DNA from: Dongiaceae bacterium | Lineage (GTDB): Bacteria; Pseudomonadota; Alphaproteobacteria; Dongiales; Dongiaceae | Direction of reading: 5' to 3' | Assembly (NCBI GenBank): GCA_035274225.1 | Contig: DATEOK010000250.1 | Location: 1,258-65,257 of the forward strand | Length of the DNA stretch: 64,000 nucleotides | Shown here: positions 1-9,256 of the stretch, piece by piece | Layout of the letters: each line of letters starts with the position of its first letter | Numbering within the stretch: position 1 is the first letter of the stretch | The notes under the pieces: model-generated | Told to the model about the DNA's origin: nothing | What the model saw: only the letters and a program-made list of their open reading frames with translations | Database searches by the model: none | Position numbers and translations under genes: made by a program

Positions 1-300
1 CCGATCCCGAAGTTCGACAATCCGAAGATGGACATGAACCCGGCGCTGCAGTTGTTCGGTGCCGGCCGCGAGAAGCGCATCTATGCGGTGCCGCCTTACA
101 CCAAGGTGAAGAGCCTGGATTTCGACGACTATCCGTTCGAGGTCCAGACCTGGGAGCATTCCTGCGCGCTGTGCGGCTCGGAGGAGAGCTTCCTGGACGA
201 GATCATCACCAGTGACCAGGGTGACCGCATGTTTGTCTGCTCGGACAGCGACTATTGCCAGGACCGGCAGACCGCCGGCCGGCGGGAGGCCGCGGAATGA
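1..300 (+). CDS. phnJ: C-P lyase subunit PhnJ, C-terminal fragment (5' end lies outside the window)
   Basis: The frame is open from base 1. It has a C-terminal Cys cluster (HSCALCGSEESF...FVCSDSDYC). Its stop overlaps the phnK start (ATGA at 297-300), and phnKLM-N follow. Confidence 0.85.
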   Translation, partial: PIPKFDNPKMDMNPALQLFGAGREKRIYAVPPYTKVKSLDFDDYPFEVQTWEHSCALCGSEESFLDEIITSDQGDRMFVCSDSDYCQDRQTAGRREAAE

Positions 301-1073
301 GCGAGCAACCGCTGCTGCGGGTCGAGCAGCTCAGCCGCTATTACGGCGCGCGTCCCGCCTGCGTCGACGTTACATTCGATCTCTGGCCGGGCGAGGTCAT
401 GGGCGTGGTCGGCGAATCCGGATCTGGCAAGACGACCTTGCTCAATTGCTTGTCGGCGCGGTTGAAGCCCGATTCAGGCCGCGTGCTCTATGACACGCGG
501 CACCACGGCCTCACCGACATCTACGGCATGAGCGAGGCAGAGCGGCGGCTGCTGATGCGTACCGACTGGGGGCTGGTGCACCAGAATCCGCGCGACGGCC
601 TGCGCCTCTCGGTCAGCGCCGGCGCCAATATTGGTGAGCGCTTGATGGCGGTCGGCGCGCGGCACTATGGCAACATCCGCCAGGAGGCGGTGAGTTGGCT
701 CGGCCGGGTGGAGATCGACGAAGAGCGGATCGACGACCAGCCGCGCGCCTTTTCCGGCGGCATGCAGCAGCGCCTGCAGATCGCCCGCAACCTGGTGACC
801 AAGCCGCGCATCGTGTTCATGGACGAGCCGACCGGCGGCCTCGACGTCTCAGTCCAGGCGCGGCTGCTCGACCTGCTGCGCGAGCTGGTGTCGCAGCTCG
901 GCTTGTCGGTGGTGGTGGTTACCCACGACCTTGCGGTGGTACGGCTGCTGGCGCACCGGTTGATGGTGATGCGCCAGGGACGAGTGGTCGAGACCGGGCT
1001 GACCGACCAGGTGCTGGACGATCCGCAGCATCCCTACACGCAATTGCTGGTTTCTTCGGTGTTACAGGCATGA
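297..1073 (+). CDS. phnK: Phosphonate C-P lyase system ATP-binding protein PhnK
   Basis: Walker A GESGSGKTT, ABC signature FSGGMQQR and Walker B IVFMDEPT are present. ATGA overlaps link it to phnJ upstream and phnL downstream. Confidence 0.9.
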   Translation: MSEQPLLRVEQLSRYYGARPACVDVTFDLWPGEVMGVVGESGSGKTTLLNCLSARLKPDSGRVLYDTRHHGLTDIYGMSEAERRLLMRTDWGLVHQNPRDGLRLSVSAGANIGERLMAVGARHYGNIRQEAVSWLGRVEIDEERIDDQPRAFSGGMQQRLQIARNLVTKPRIVFMDEPTGGLDVSVQARLLDLLRELVSQLGLSVVVVTHDLAVVRLLAHRLMVMRQGRVVETGLTDQVLDDPQHPYTQLLVSSVLQA

Positions 1074-1771
1074 ACGACATAGCGATCGAAGTCGGCGGGC
1101 TAGCCAAGCAGTTCCGCCTTCATACCCAGGGCGACGTGGCGATCGAGGTGTTCCGCAATCTCGATTTCCAGGTGCGGTTCGGCGAATGCGTCGCGCTGCA
1201 TGGGCCATCGGGCTGTGGCAAATCCACGCTGCTGCGTGCGCTGTATGCCAACTACACGGTAGGGGCGGGGAGCATCCGCGTCCGCCATTGCGGTGCGTGG
1301 GTGGACATGGCGAATGCGGAGCCGCGCGCGGTGCTGTCCGTCCGGCGGCATTCCATGGGCTATGTCAGTCAGTTTCTGCGAGTCATCCCGCGGGTGCCGG
1401 CGCTCGAGATCGTGGCCGAGCCTTTGCGCCTGCACGGCATCGATGCCGCATGGGCGCGGGAGCGCGCTAGTGCGATGCTGGCGCGGCTGAACGTGCCGGA
1501 GCGGTTGTGGAACCTGGCGCCGGCGACCTTCTCCGGCGGCGAGCAGCAGAGGGTCAACATCGCGCGCGGCTTCATCGCCGAGATGCCGATCCTGCTGCTG
1601 GACGAACCGACCGCCGCGCTCGACGCCGCCAACCGCGCCATCGTCGCCGACCTGATCCTGGAGCGAAAGGCGGCGGGCACGGCGATCGTCGGTATCTTCC
1701 ACGATGCGGAGATCCGCGAGCAGGTGTGTGATCGGATGTTCGAGATCGAACCCTTCAAGGTGGCGGCATGA
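1070..1771 (+). CDS. phnL: Phosphonate C-P lyase system ATP-binding protein PhnL
   Basis: Walker A GPSGCGKST, signature FSGGEQQR and Walker B LLLDEPT are present. The start ATG at 1070 overlaps the phnK stop, and the stop overlaps the phnM start. Confidence 0.9.
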   Translation: MNDIAIEVGGLAKQFRLHTQGDVAIEVFRNLDFQVRFGECVALHGPSGCGKSTLLRALYANYTVGAGSIRVRHCGAWVDMANAEPRAVLSVRRHSMGYVSQFLRVIPRVPALEIVAEPLRLHGIDAAWARERASAMLARLNVPERLWNLAPATFSGGEQQRVNIARGFIAEMPILLLDEPTAALDAANRAIVADLILERKAAGTAIVGIFHDAEIREQVCDRMFEIEPFKVAA

Positions 1772-2904
1772 GCATGATCCTCAGCAATGCCTGCGTGGTG
1801 ACGGCGGATGCCGTGATCCACGGCGCCGTGCGTGTCGAGAACGGCCGGATCATCGAGATCGTGCAGGATGCTCGCGCGACAGCCGGCGCCCAGGATCTGG
1901 ACGGCGACTACCTTCTTCCGGGCCTGGTCGAGATCCATACCGACAACATGGAAAAGCATTTCGAGCCGCGGCCCGGCGCGGTCTGGCCGTCTCCCCTGGC
2001 GGCGGTGCTGGCGCACGATGCCCAGGTGATCGGCGCTGGCATCACCACCGTGCTCGACGCGGTCTGCGTCGGCGACTACCGCGACAGCGGTAAACGCCGG
2101 CGCATTCTGAAGGACTCGATCGAAAGCGTCGCCACCGCGCGCGGCGCAGACCTGTTGCGTGCCGATCATCTGTTCCATTTGCGCTGCGAAGTCTCCGATC
2201 CCGGCGTGCTGGAGATGTTCGAGCCATACGCCGACCATCCGCTGCTGCGCCTGGTCTCGGTGATGGACCATACGCCGGGCCAGCGCCAGTGGCGTGACCT
2301 GGAGAGCTTCCGCACCTTCCACCGTGACAAGGGCTGGAACGACGCGGAGTTCGCCGACGTCATCGCCAAGCACCAGGTCCAGATGGCGACGCACTCCGAG
2401 GTGAACCGCAAGGCGGTCCTCGACCTGTGCCGGGGACTGGACGTGCCGCTCGCCAGCCATGACGACACCACCGAGGAGCATGTGGAGCAGGCGCACGCCG
2501 AGGGGATCACTATCTCCGAGTTCCCGACCGCCCTGGCTGCAGCGAAGCTGGCGCGCGCCTATGGCATGATGAACGTGATGGGCGCGCCCAACGTGGTGCG
2601 CGGCGGTTCGCATTCCGGCAACATCTCCGCCCAGGCGCTGGCCGAGGCGGGGCTGCTCGACGTTCTTTCCTCGGACTACGTGCCGGCCAGCCTGCTGCAC
2701 GCGGCATTCGTGCTGCATCAGCGCGCGAACCTTCGCCTTCCGGATGCCGTGCGCACGGTCGCGCTCAATCCGGCGCGCGCCATCGGCCTCTCCGACCGGG
2801 GCGAGATCGCGCCCGGCCAGCGCGCCGACCTGGTGCGGGTGCGCCTGCATGGCGACCTGCCGATCGTGCGTGAAGTCTGGCGCGGCGGTGGTCGCGTTGC
2901 CTAG
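1768..2904 (+). CDS. phnM: Alpha-D-ribose 1-methylphosphonate 5-triphosphate diphosphatase PhnM (amidohydrolase fold)
   Basis: 378-aa ORF. Metal-binding-type motifs EIHTDN and ASHDD are present. It sits in the canonical position after phnL. Confidence 0.9.
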   Translation: MSMILSNACVVTADAVIHGAVRVENGRIIEIVQDARATAGAQDLDGDYLLPGLVEIHTDNMEKHFEPRPGAVWPSPLAAVLAHDAQVIGAGITTVLDAVCVGDYRDSGKRRRILKDSIESVATARGADLLRADHLFHLRCEVSDPGVLEMFEPYADHPLLRLVSVMDHTPGQRQWRDLESFRTFHRDKGWNDAEFADVIAKHQVQMATHSEVNRKAVLDLCRGLDVPLASHDDTTEEHVEQAHAEGITISEFPTALAAAKLARAYGMMNVMGAPNVVRGGSHSGNISAQALAEAGLLDVLSSDYVPASLLHAAFVLHQRANLRLPDAVRTVALNPARAIGLSDRGEIAPGQRADLVRVRLHGDLPIVREVWRGGGRVA

Positions 2905-3600
2905 ATGAGCGAACGCTTTGCGATTTACTTCGCGCCGCCGGCGAGCGGCGATTTGGCGCGGTTCGGCGATCACTGGCTGGGTCGAAATGTGGAAACCGGC
3001 GCAGTCCTCGAGCAGCCTGACTTGAGCGGCTTCGATGCGGCCAGGTTGCGCGAACTCACCGAGGCCCCGCGCCAATACGGCTTTCACGGCACGCTCAAAC
3101 CGCCCTTTCGCTTGGCGGACGGGTGCGATGCAGGGGGCTTGCGGCGTTCCCTTGCCGGATTTGCGGCGCAACGGCGCGGATTCGAGGTCGAAGCCCTGGC
3201 TTTGGAGGGGATCGGCGATTTCATCGCTCTGGTGCCAGATGGATCGCCCCCGGCTTTGTCGGATCTGGCCGATCTGTGCGTGAACGAATTCGATCGCTAC
3301 CGCGCGCCGCCGGATGCCGCAGAGCTGGCAAGGCGCCACGCCGCCGGCCTCACGCCCCGCCAAGCGCAGCTGCTGGCGCGCTGGGGCTACCCCTATGTGC
3401 TGGACGAGTTTCGCTTCCACCTGACTCTCACAGGACCGATCGCCGACGCAGCCGAGCGCGCCCGCGTCGCACGATTGTTGGGACCGCTCGTCGCGCCGCT
3501 GCTGCCGCAGCCAGTGCCGGTGCAGGAACTCTGCCTGTTCCACCAACCGGACCGCGCCGCGCCGTTCCGGCTGATCCAGCGCTTTCCCTTCGGGCGATGA
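2905..3600 (+). CDS. DUF1045-type putative phosphonate metabolism protein (2H phosphoesterase-like)
   Basis: It starts 1 nt after the phnM stop, and its stop overlaps the phnN start (ATGA). Paired H-x-T motifs (FHGTLKPPF and FHLTLTGP) are characteristic of the 2H phosphoesterase superfamily. Confidence 0.75.
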   Translation: MSERFAIYFAPPASGDLARFGDHWLGRNVETGAVLEQPDLSGFDAARLRELTEAPRQYGFHGTLKPPFRLADGCDAGGLRRSLAGFAAQRRGFEVEALALEGIGDFIALVPDGSPPALSDLADLCVNEFDRYRAPPDAAELARRHAAGLTPRQAQLLARWGYPYVLDEFRFHLTLTGPIADAAERARVARLLGPLVAPLLPQPVPVQELCLFHQPDRAAPFRLIQRFPFGR

Positions 3601-4169
3601 AGCCGCAGCCCGACATCGCCGTCCGCGAAGGGCGCTTGGTCTATGTCATCGGATCGTCTGGAGCTGGCAAGGACAGTATCATTGCCCATGCGCGCCAGCG
3701 CCTCGGTTCGGAGCGGCATGTCTTTGCACGACGCCATATCACGCGGCCGGCTGATAGCGGTGGCGAGGATCATATCGCAATCACCATGGCGGAGTTCGAG
3801 CGGGACAGCGTGGCTGGGCGTTATGCGCTCTCATGGCGCGGCAATGGCCTCGGCTACGGCGTCGGGATCGAGATCGATCTGTGGCTGCGATCCGGGCGGC
3901 ACGTGATCCTGAACGGATCGCGTGCCTACCTGCCGGAGGTGGCAAGGCGTTACTCCACCCTGCTGCCGGTGCTGATCACGATCGACCCAGCCGTGCTGCG
4001 GCAACGATTGTCGGCGCGCGGCCGCGAATCGATGGATGAGATCGATGCGCGCATCCGCCGCGCCGCGGAACTGAGCACGATCGACCACCCGGAACTCGCT
4101 GTCGTTGCCAACGATGGGCCGCTGGCCGAAGCGGGCGAGGCCTTCGTTGCCTTGCTGCGCGCCCTCTAG
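3597..4169 (+). CDS. phnN: Ribose 1,5-bisphosphate phosphokinase PhnN
   Basis: P-loop GSSGAGKDS is present and the size (190 aa) is guanylate-kinase-like. It is the last gene of the phn string. Confidence 0.85.
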   Translation: MKPQPDIAVREGRLVYVIGSSGAGKDSIIAHARQRLGSERHVFARRHITRPADSGGEDHIAITMAEFERDSVAGRYALSWRGNGLGYGVGIEIDLWLRSGRHVILNGSRAYLPEVARRYSTLLPVLITIDPAVLRQRLSARGRESMDEIDARIRRAAELSTIDHPELAVVANDGPLAEAGEAFVALLRAL

Positions 4170-4975
4170 AGAAAGCGCCGCCGCAGCCAGGCGGACAAGA
4201 GGTCGAGCAGCGACACCGTGATGATGATCATGATCATCACCGCGCAAGTCTGCGCGAAATAGAATCCGCGAATCACTTCCCACAGCACCACGCCGATGCC
4301 GCCGGCGCCGACCATGCCGACGACGGTCGCTGAGCGCACGTTGGATTCGAAACGGTAGAGCGAGTAGGAGACCCAGAGCGGGATCACCTGCGGGATCACG
4401 CCGTAGAGAATCTCTTCCAACACATTAGCGCCGGTGGCACGGATGCCTTCAACCGGGCGCGGGTCGATCGCCTCGACCGCTTCGGAGAACAGCTTGGCAA
4501 GGATGCCGGTGGTGTGGACGAAAATCGCGAGCACGCCGGCGAACGGGCCAAGGCCGACGGCGACCACGAACAGCATGGCAAACACCATCTCGTTGATGGC
4601 GCGCAGCGCGTCCATCAGCCGGCGCACCGGCTGGCGCAGCCAGATCGGCGACAGGTTCTCGGCCGCCATCAGGCCGAAGGGAACAGCGAAGATGATCGCG
4701 AGGAACGTGCCCCAGACCGCGATCTGCAGGGTCTTGATGATCTCGTCCAGGTAGAAGCGCCAGTGAGAGAGGTCGGGCGGGAAGAACTCGGCGCCCAGCG
4801 TCGCCATGTTGCTTGAATCCTCGATCAAGGCCCATGGCCGGATGTCGGCGCCCTGGTACGAGTAGGCGAGGATGGCGAAGCCCAGGCCATAGAGCAGCAC
4901 GGTGCCGAGCGATGAGCGCAGCGATTTCGGCGGATAGGTGGACGCCTGGTGCAGCGCCTCGACTGTCTGGGCCAT
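4166..4975 (-). CDS. phnE: Phosphonate ABC transporter permease PhnE
   Basis: Multi-TM protein with the EAA-type loop [20 protein letters not shown] chose the ATG at 4975 because a GGAG lies upstream; a TTG at 5041 is an alternative. The stop overlaps the phnN stop in a CTAG. Confidence 0.85.
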   Translation of the reverse strand: MAQTVEALHQASTYPPKSLRSSLGTVLLYGLGFAILAYSYQGADIRPWALIEDSSNMATLGAEFFPPDLSHWRFYLDEIIKTLQIAVWGTFLAIIFAVPFGLMAAENLSPIWLRQPVRRLMDALRAINEMVFAMLFVVAVGLGPFAGVLAIFVHTTGILAKLFSEAVEAIDPRPVEGIRATGANVLEEILYGVIPQVIPLWVSYSLYRFESNVRSATVVGMVGAGGIGVVLWEVIRGFYFAQTCAVMIMIIITVSLLDLLSAWLRRRFL

Positions 4976-5037
4976 GCCGTATGCTCCGGATAGAAAAGGG
5001 GCGCCGGCTTGGGTGAGGCCGGCGCCCGAGGATGAGT

Positions 5038-6027
5038 TCAATTGGTGGCGAGCGACTTTTCCTTTTCCTTGAGCTCGCCGAGCTTGGTGTCGATCTCCGC
5101 CAGCTTCGCCTGCTTATCGGCATCGGAGACGGTGGTATCGTTCTGCAGCGCAATGCGCTTCTTGAACAGCTCGAGGATGCGGATCGGAACGAGCTGGTCG
5201 TCGTTCGATTCCTTGAACTGGCCCCACTGCAGGCCGGCGAGGACCGTCTTTTCCTCCGGTGCCTTGCCGTAGGCCATGAAGAAGTCCTTGATCTTGGCCT
5301 TGTCGCCGTCGCTGAGGTTCTTGCGCCAGACGATCGGGTCGGAGGGGATCAGCGGCGACTTCCAGATGACCTTGATCTCCTTGAACTTGTCGGGGAAGTT
5401 CTTCTGGATCTTTGCCATGTTCTCCGTGTTGTTGGTGGCGAAATCGACCTGCTTGTTGGCAACCGCGAGCGCATTGGACTCGTGGTTGGCGCTGACGGTC
5501 TGCTTGAAATAGGTCTTGGGGTCGATGTTGTTCAGGCCGAAAACGTAGTAGCCCGGCACCAGGTAGCCCGAAGTCGAGTTCGGATCGCCGTTGGAGAAAG
5601 TCAGTTCCTTGCCGTACTTGATCACGTCCTCGACCGAGTTGAGCTTGCTGTCCTTGTGCGCGATCAGCAGCGACCAGTAGCCGGGGCTGCCATCGGCCGC
5701 CACCGTCTGCACGAAGATCTGGCCGCCGGCGCGGTCGACCGCTTCCATGGCCGACTTGTTGCCGTACCAGGCGACGTCGACCTTGTTGAAGCGCATGGCC
5801 TCGATCACGCCGGCATAGTCCGGCGCGAAAAAGGCATTCACCTTCATGCCGAGCTTCTTGCCCATGTCCGCCAGGAACGGATCCCAGACGGTCTTCAGGT
5901 TCTGCGAGGATTCGGTGGAGATGATGCCGAAATTCAGCTCCTTCAGGTCTTCCGCCTGCGCCGCGGTGCCGAGGCCGACGGCTAAGGTAAGCGACAGGGC
6001 GGCCGATCTAAGCCATTTGCCGATCAT
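5038..6027 (-). CDS. phnD: Phosphonate ABC transporter periplasmic substrate-binding protein PhnD
   Basis: Signal peptide [25 protein letters not shown] is present. A GAGGGAG SD lies upstream of the ATG at 6027. The gene sits between phnC and phnE. Confidence 0.9.
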   Translation of the reverse strand: MIGKWLRSAALSLTLAVGLGTAAQAEDLKELNFGIISTESSQNLKTVWDPFLADMGKKLGMKVNAFFAPDYAGVIEAMRFNKVDVAWYGNKSAMEAVDRAGGQIFVQTVAADGSPGYWSLLIAHKDSKLNSVEDVIKYGKELTFSNGDPNSTSGYLVPGYYVFGLNNIDPKTYFKQTVSANHESNALAVANKQVDFATNNTENMAKIQKNFPDKFKEIKVIWKSPLIPSDPIVWRKNLSDGDKAKIKDFFMAYGKAPEEKTVLAGLQWGQFKESNDDQLVPIRILELFKKRIALQNDTTVSDADKQAKLAEIDTKLGELKEKEKSLATN

Positions 6028-6064
6028 GCGAGTAACTCCCTCTGGTTGGACATGGATGAACGGT

Positions 6065-6943
6065 TCAGCCGGCCGCGGCGATCGCGAGCGCTTCGGCCGG
6101 TTGCGGGAAGCCGACGACCTTGCGGTGGCGCGGCCCGTGCGCCGGCGCAATGACCTCGCCGAGCAGCAACTCTTCCGCTTCGGCGCCATAGAGCTCGCCG
6201 AGCTTTTCCGGAGTGAGCGCAGCGCTGGGGCCGTCGAACACCACCTTGCCGTCGCGCAGCGCGACGGTGCGCGGGCAATAGCGCATGGCGAACTGGACCT
6301 GATGCAGCGAGACCAGAACGGTCACGCCATCGGTGCGGTTGAGCTCGGCCAGCGATTCCATGACCCGGCGCGCCGCCTCCGGATCGAGCGAGGCGATCGG
6401 CTCGTCGGCCAGCACCAGCTGAGCGCGCTGCACCATCGCGCGGGCGATGGCGGCACGTTGTTGCTGGCCGCCGGACAGATTGGCGGCGCGCTGGAACGCC
6501 CAGTCGGCGATCCCGACGCGCTGCAGCGCCGCGATCGCCAGGCGGCGCTCCTCCTCGGGAAAGCGGAAGGTCAGGCTCCGCCACAGCGGCAGCCGGCTCA
6601 AGGTGCCGATCAGCACGTTGGTGATGACGGACAGGCGGTTGACCAGATTGAACTGCTGGAACACGAACCCGACATTGCCGCGGATGCGGCGCACGTCGGC
6701 GCTGAGGCGGCCTTCCGCCTGTACATCCCGGCCGCCGACGATGACGTGGCAGACGTTGGGCTCACGGTCGCCAGCCACCAGGCCGGCCAAGTGGCGCAGC
6801 AGGGTCGACTTGCCGGAGCCCGAGGCCCCAATGAGCGCCACCATCTCGCCCGGCGCGATCTGCAGATCGACGTTGTCGAGGGCCCTGCGGCCACTGTTGA
6901 AGGTCTTGCTGAGGCCGCGAACCTCGACCGCCCACTGGTTCAT
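6065..6943 (-). CDS. phnC: Phosphonate ABC transporter ATP-binding protein PhnC
   Basis: Walker [13 protein letters not shown], signature LSGGQQQR and Walker [11 protein letters not shown] are present. It is the first gene of the phnCDE string. Confidence 0.9.
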   Translation of the reverse strand: MNQWAVEVRGLSKTFNSGRRALDNVDLQIAPGEMVALIGASGSGKSTLLRHLAGLVAGDREPNVCHVIVGGRDVQAEGRLSADVRRIRGNVGFVFQQFNLVNRLSVITNVLIGTLSRLPLWRSLTFRFPEEERRLAIAALQRVGIADWAFQRAANLSGGQQQRAAIARAMVQRAQLVLADEPIASLDPEAARRVMESLAELNRTDGVTVLVSLHQVQFAMRYCPRTVALRDGKVVFDGPSAALTPEKLGELYGAEAEELLLGEVIAPAHGPRHRKVVGFPQPAEALAIAAAG

Positions 6944-7321
6944 GCCATGCTCCCGAATCGATGACGTACCCTGCCGCGGCCGGCGTTATTGCGCCGACTC
7001 CGTGCTTTTCGGGAATTGTGCGCGGGCGCGCCGACCGAGGCGTCGGCCAAGCCGTGAAGAATGGTTGGCGGTTTTGTGACAGACGGCGGATGGAGGAATT
7101 GCTTGTCTAGGGGGCCCGTCCCGGTGCATAAGCCGCTGCCTCGGCAGAGAGCGGGATACCGCAGAATGCATTGGTCAGGAGCAACATCAGGGCTTTGTCC
7201 AAGCATGATCGGTAGGGTCGTGGGTAGCGGGTCGGAATGTCTTGCAAGCCATTGATTTGATTGATAGTCGATCTCCCACCCTCTCCGCCATCCTGCTTGG
7301 CGCCGGCGTGCTGCGCAGGAC

Positions 7322-7567
7322 ATGTCCAGATATTCGGAGCAAATTTTGGCCCGCAAGAAACCTGCAGCCGGCGACTTCGCCCTGTTCGACGTGTTCTATC
7401 AGGACGGCACCCGTACCTCGAACCGCAAGGTTCCGGCGGCAGAACCGCACGAGCACGACTATGAGGCGCGCGTCAGAGCCGTCATCGAGGAACAGGATCG
7501 CGACATCGCCGAAAAATCCGGCCGGCCGCGCGGCCCTATCAAGTCGATCGTGAAGTCGGCAGGATAG
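7322..7567 (+). CDS. Small hypothetical protein (81 aa)
   Basis: Third-position GC is high, as in genuine genes of this replicon. The composition is charged and non-repetitive. No recognisable domain. Confidence 0.5.
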   Translation: MSRYSEQILARKKPAAGDFALFDVFYQDGTRTSNRKVPAAEPHEHDYEARVRAVIEEQDRDIAEKSGRPRGPIKSIVKSAG

Positions 7568-7792
7568 CGTCGCACCATCGGCGATGCATCAAACGCGGGC
7601 GCATATCGTTCGCATCGATGAGCGATGCGGCAAAGCTCGATACAGGCCATTTTCCACGTCGAATCAGGCGCTTGCTTCACTTCAGCTGGTCGCGCCCCGC
7701 GCCCGCCGTGAAAGTTCCGCCGGTTCGAATCAACGGCTTCCGCCGAATTCGTCTCGTTGGTTATGATGCGGCAGGAATGCTTGGGGGAAGCC

Positions 7793-8224
7793 ATGCAGTA
7801 TCGACTCTCGTCCTCGCCGAATGTCAGCGCGCGCTCGTTCGGCGATGAGGTTGTGGCCGCCAACTTCGTGAAGGGGGTCTATTACAGCCTGCTGGGACCG
7901 GCGGCGCAGATCTGGGACGGCCTGATAGCGGGCGTGGCGATCGAAACCGTCATCGCGCAGACAGCGGCACTGAGCGACGCCGATGCCGCGGATTTCGCCG
8001 CCGCCGCCAATAACCTTGTCCAGGCGCTGCTGGACGAGCAGCTCATCGAGCCAGCTCCGGATGCTGCAGCGACCGCCTGGCAACCGGTGCCGGGCGCGGA
8101 CGGTCCGTATGGCTTGCCGGTCATCGAGCGGTTCACGGACATGGAAGACCTGCTCCAGCTCGACCCGGTCCACGATGTGGAGGAAATGGGTTGGCCGCAT
8201 GTCAATCCGGCTTCGACTCGTTGA
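7793..8224 (+). CDS. PqqD-family (RiPP recognition element-like) protein with a C-terminal extension of about 57 aa
   Basis: The core FGDEVVAANFVKGVYYSLLGPAAQIWDGL matches the PqqD pattern (x-DGE-x-hh-h-x-x-G-x-YY-x-LN-x-x-G-x-x-IW-x-x-L). A GGGGGAAG SD lies before the ATG at 7793. The 3' end overlaps the kinase gene. Confidence 0.7.
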   Translation: MQYRLSSSPNVSARSFGDEVVAANFVKGVYYSLLGPAAQIWDGLIAGVAIETVIAQTAALSDADAADFAAAANNLVQALLDEQLIEPAPDAAATAWQPVPGADGPYGLPVIERFTDMEDLLQLDPVHDVEEMGWPHVNPASTR

Positions 8225-9246
8225 CCTATCCGCGGCCACCGGATCTGCGCGACCTGCTGCGTGCTGCGCTCATCGAGACTGACACGCGGGCTACGGCGCG
8301 GCGTCTCCCGCAGCCGGTGTTCCGGTTCGGCGGGACATCGGTTGCCATTCGCCTCAGCGGCACGCCGCCGTTGGAGCGGCTCTTGCCGATGATCGGCAGC
8401 CGTGCCGATGCTGCCGCGCACGACACGGCCGTGCTCGACGTCATCGGCGGCGCGCTGGAAGGTCATGAGGGGCTGCTGCCGCCGGCGGAGGCGCGCAGCC
8501 GGACGGTGCTGCGGGCCACCCGCGACATCTATTACCTGTGGCTGAACGAAGCCGACGGGTACCTGACCGCCATCGATCGCCGCGCGGGAAGGGGACTGGT
8601 ATGGTTCACGGCCCCGGACCGGATTGCCTCCTGGCATGTCGCACGGCCGTTCCTGCATGCCATCAAGGGGTTTTCGCTGGAGACGTCCTGGACGCCGATC
8701 CATGCCGCCAGCGTCGCCATCGAGGGCAAGGCGGTGCTGATCGTGGGGCAGAGCGGGGCCGGCAAGACCAGCATCGCATTGTCCTGCGTGACCCAGGGCT
8801 GGAGCTATCTCGGCGACGACGCGGTGATCGTCAGGGCGAACCCGGCCCGCGTCGGCGCGCTCTACAGCTCGGCGCGGCTGCGTGCCGACACCTTTGCCCG
8901 GTTTCCGGAGATCATGAAGGCATGCCTGGCGGTCTCCGACGATGCAGGCGAACAGAAGGCTGAAGTGGACATGACGCTGCTTCCCGCACAACGGGCCGCG
9001 GAGGCCGAGATCCGCGCGATCCTGGTGCCGCAGCCCGGCGACTGGAGCGAGCTGCGCCTCGCCCCCATGCACAAGTCGGACGCGCTGCGCAAGCTGATGG
9101 AAGCGACGCGCCAGAGCATGATCGGCGACGAGGCGGCGGTGTTCGCCAAGCTGTCGACGCTGGTCGCGTCGGTGCCGTGCTACCATCTGGCTGCTTCCGG
9201 CGACCCCGCTGTGCTCGGCGCCGGCCTTGCGAAGCTGCTGGACTGA
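8191..9246 (+). CDS. HprK-related serine kinase (HPr kinase C-terminal-domain-like)
   Basis: P-loop GQSGAGKTS is followed by SYLGDDAVIV, as in the HprK/P motif G-x-SG-x-GKSE...LVADD. The start is uncertain: TTG at 8191, or TTG at 8221 overlapping the upstream TGA. Confidence 0.75.
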   Translation: MAACQSGFDSLTYPRPPDLRDLLRAALIETDTRATARRLPQPVFRFGGTSVAIRLSGTPPLERLLPMIGSRADAAAHDTAVLDVIGGALEGHEGLLPPAEARSRTVLRATRDIYYLWLNEADGYLTAIDRRAGRGLVWFTAPDRIASWHVARPFLHAIKGFSLETSWTPIHAASVAIEGKAVLIVGQSGAGKTSIALSCVTQGWSYLGDDAVIVRANPARVGALYSSARLRADTFARFPEIMKACLAVSDDAGEQKAEVDMTLLPAQRAAEAEIRAILVPQPGDWSELRLAPMHKSDALRKLMEATRQSMIGDEAAVFAKLSTLVASVPCYHLAASGDPAVLGAGLAKLLD

Positions 9247-9256
9247 GGTGCCGATC

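Noticed and set aside
1369-3546. Very long antisense ORFs, for example 1369-3546(-), 11029-12942(+), 20296-21786(-), 22538-24067(+), 25841-27754(+), 29865-31400(-), 51963-52898 (the upstream part of the GMC frame) and 57486-58982(-).
   Set aside because: Each lies opposite or out of frame to a gene with clear family motifs. Their products are Arg/Ala/Gly/Pro-rich low-complexity strings, typical of stop-codon-poor frames in DNA of about 65% GC.
4166-4169. Convergent genes sharing a CTAG stop-stop overlap, at 4166-4169 (phnN/phnE) and again at 10669-10672 (GT2/nucleotidyltransferase).
   Set aside because: This is real, but it is a trivial consequence of TAG stops on both strands. It does not by itself indicate function.
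7075-7082. A CTGTCAC (reverse strand) Pho-box-like half-site about 130 nt upstream of phnC.
   Set aside because: Only one half-site matches. The expected second CTGTCA(T/C) repeat 11 nt away is absent (CCGCCAA), so I cannot support a PhoB site from sequence alone.
7722-7731. A GGTTCGAATC word resembling a tRNA T-arm/T-loop, which might mark a tRNA-derived att site at the edge of the PqqD/kinase locus.
   Set aside because: The flanking bases do not form a T-stem (GCCGG vs CAACG are not complementary). No acceptor stem or CCA context is present, and there is no integrase nearby.
7618-7848. A 76-codon ORF overlapping the PqqD-like gene start.
   Set aside because: It overlaps a better-supported gene out of frame. 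Its composition is Arg-rich and artefact-like.
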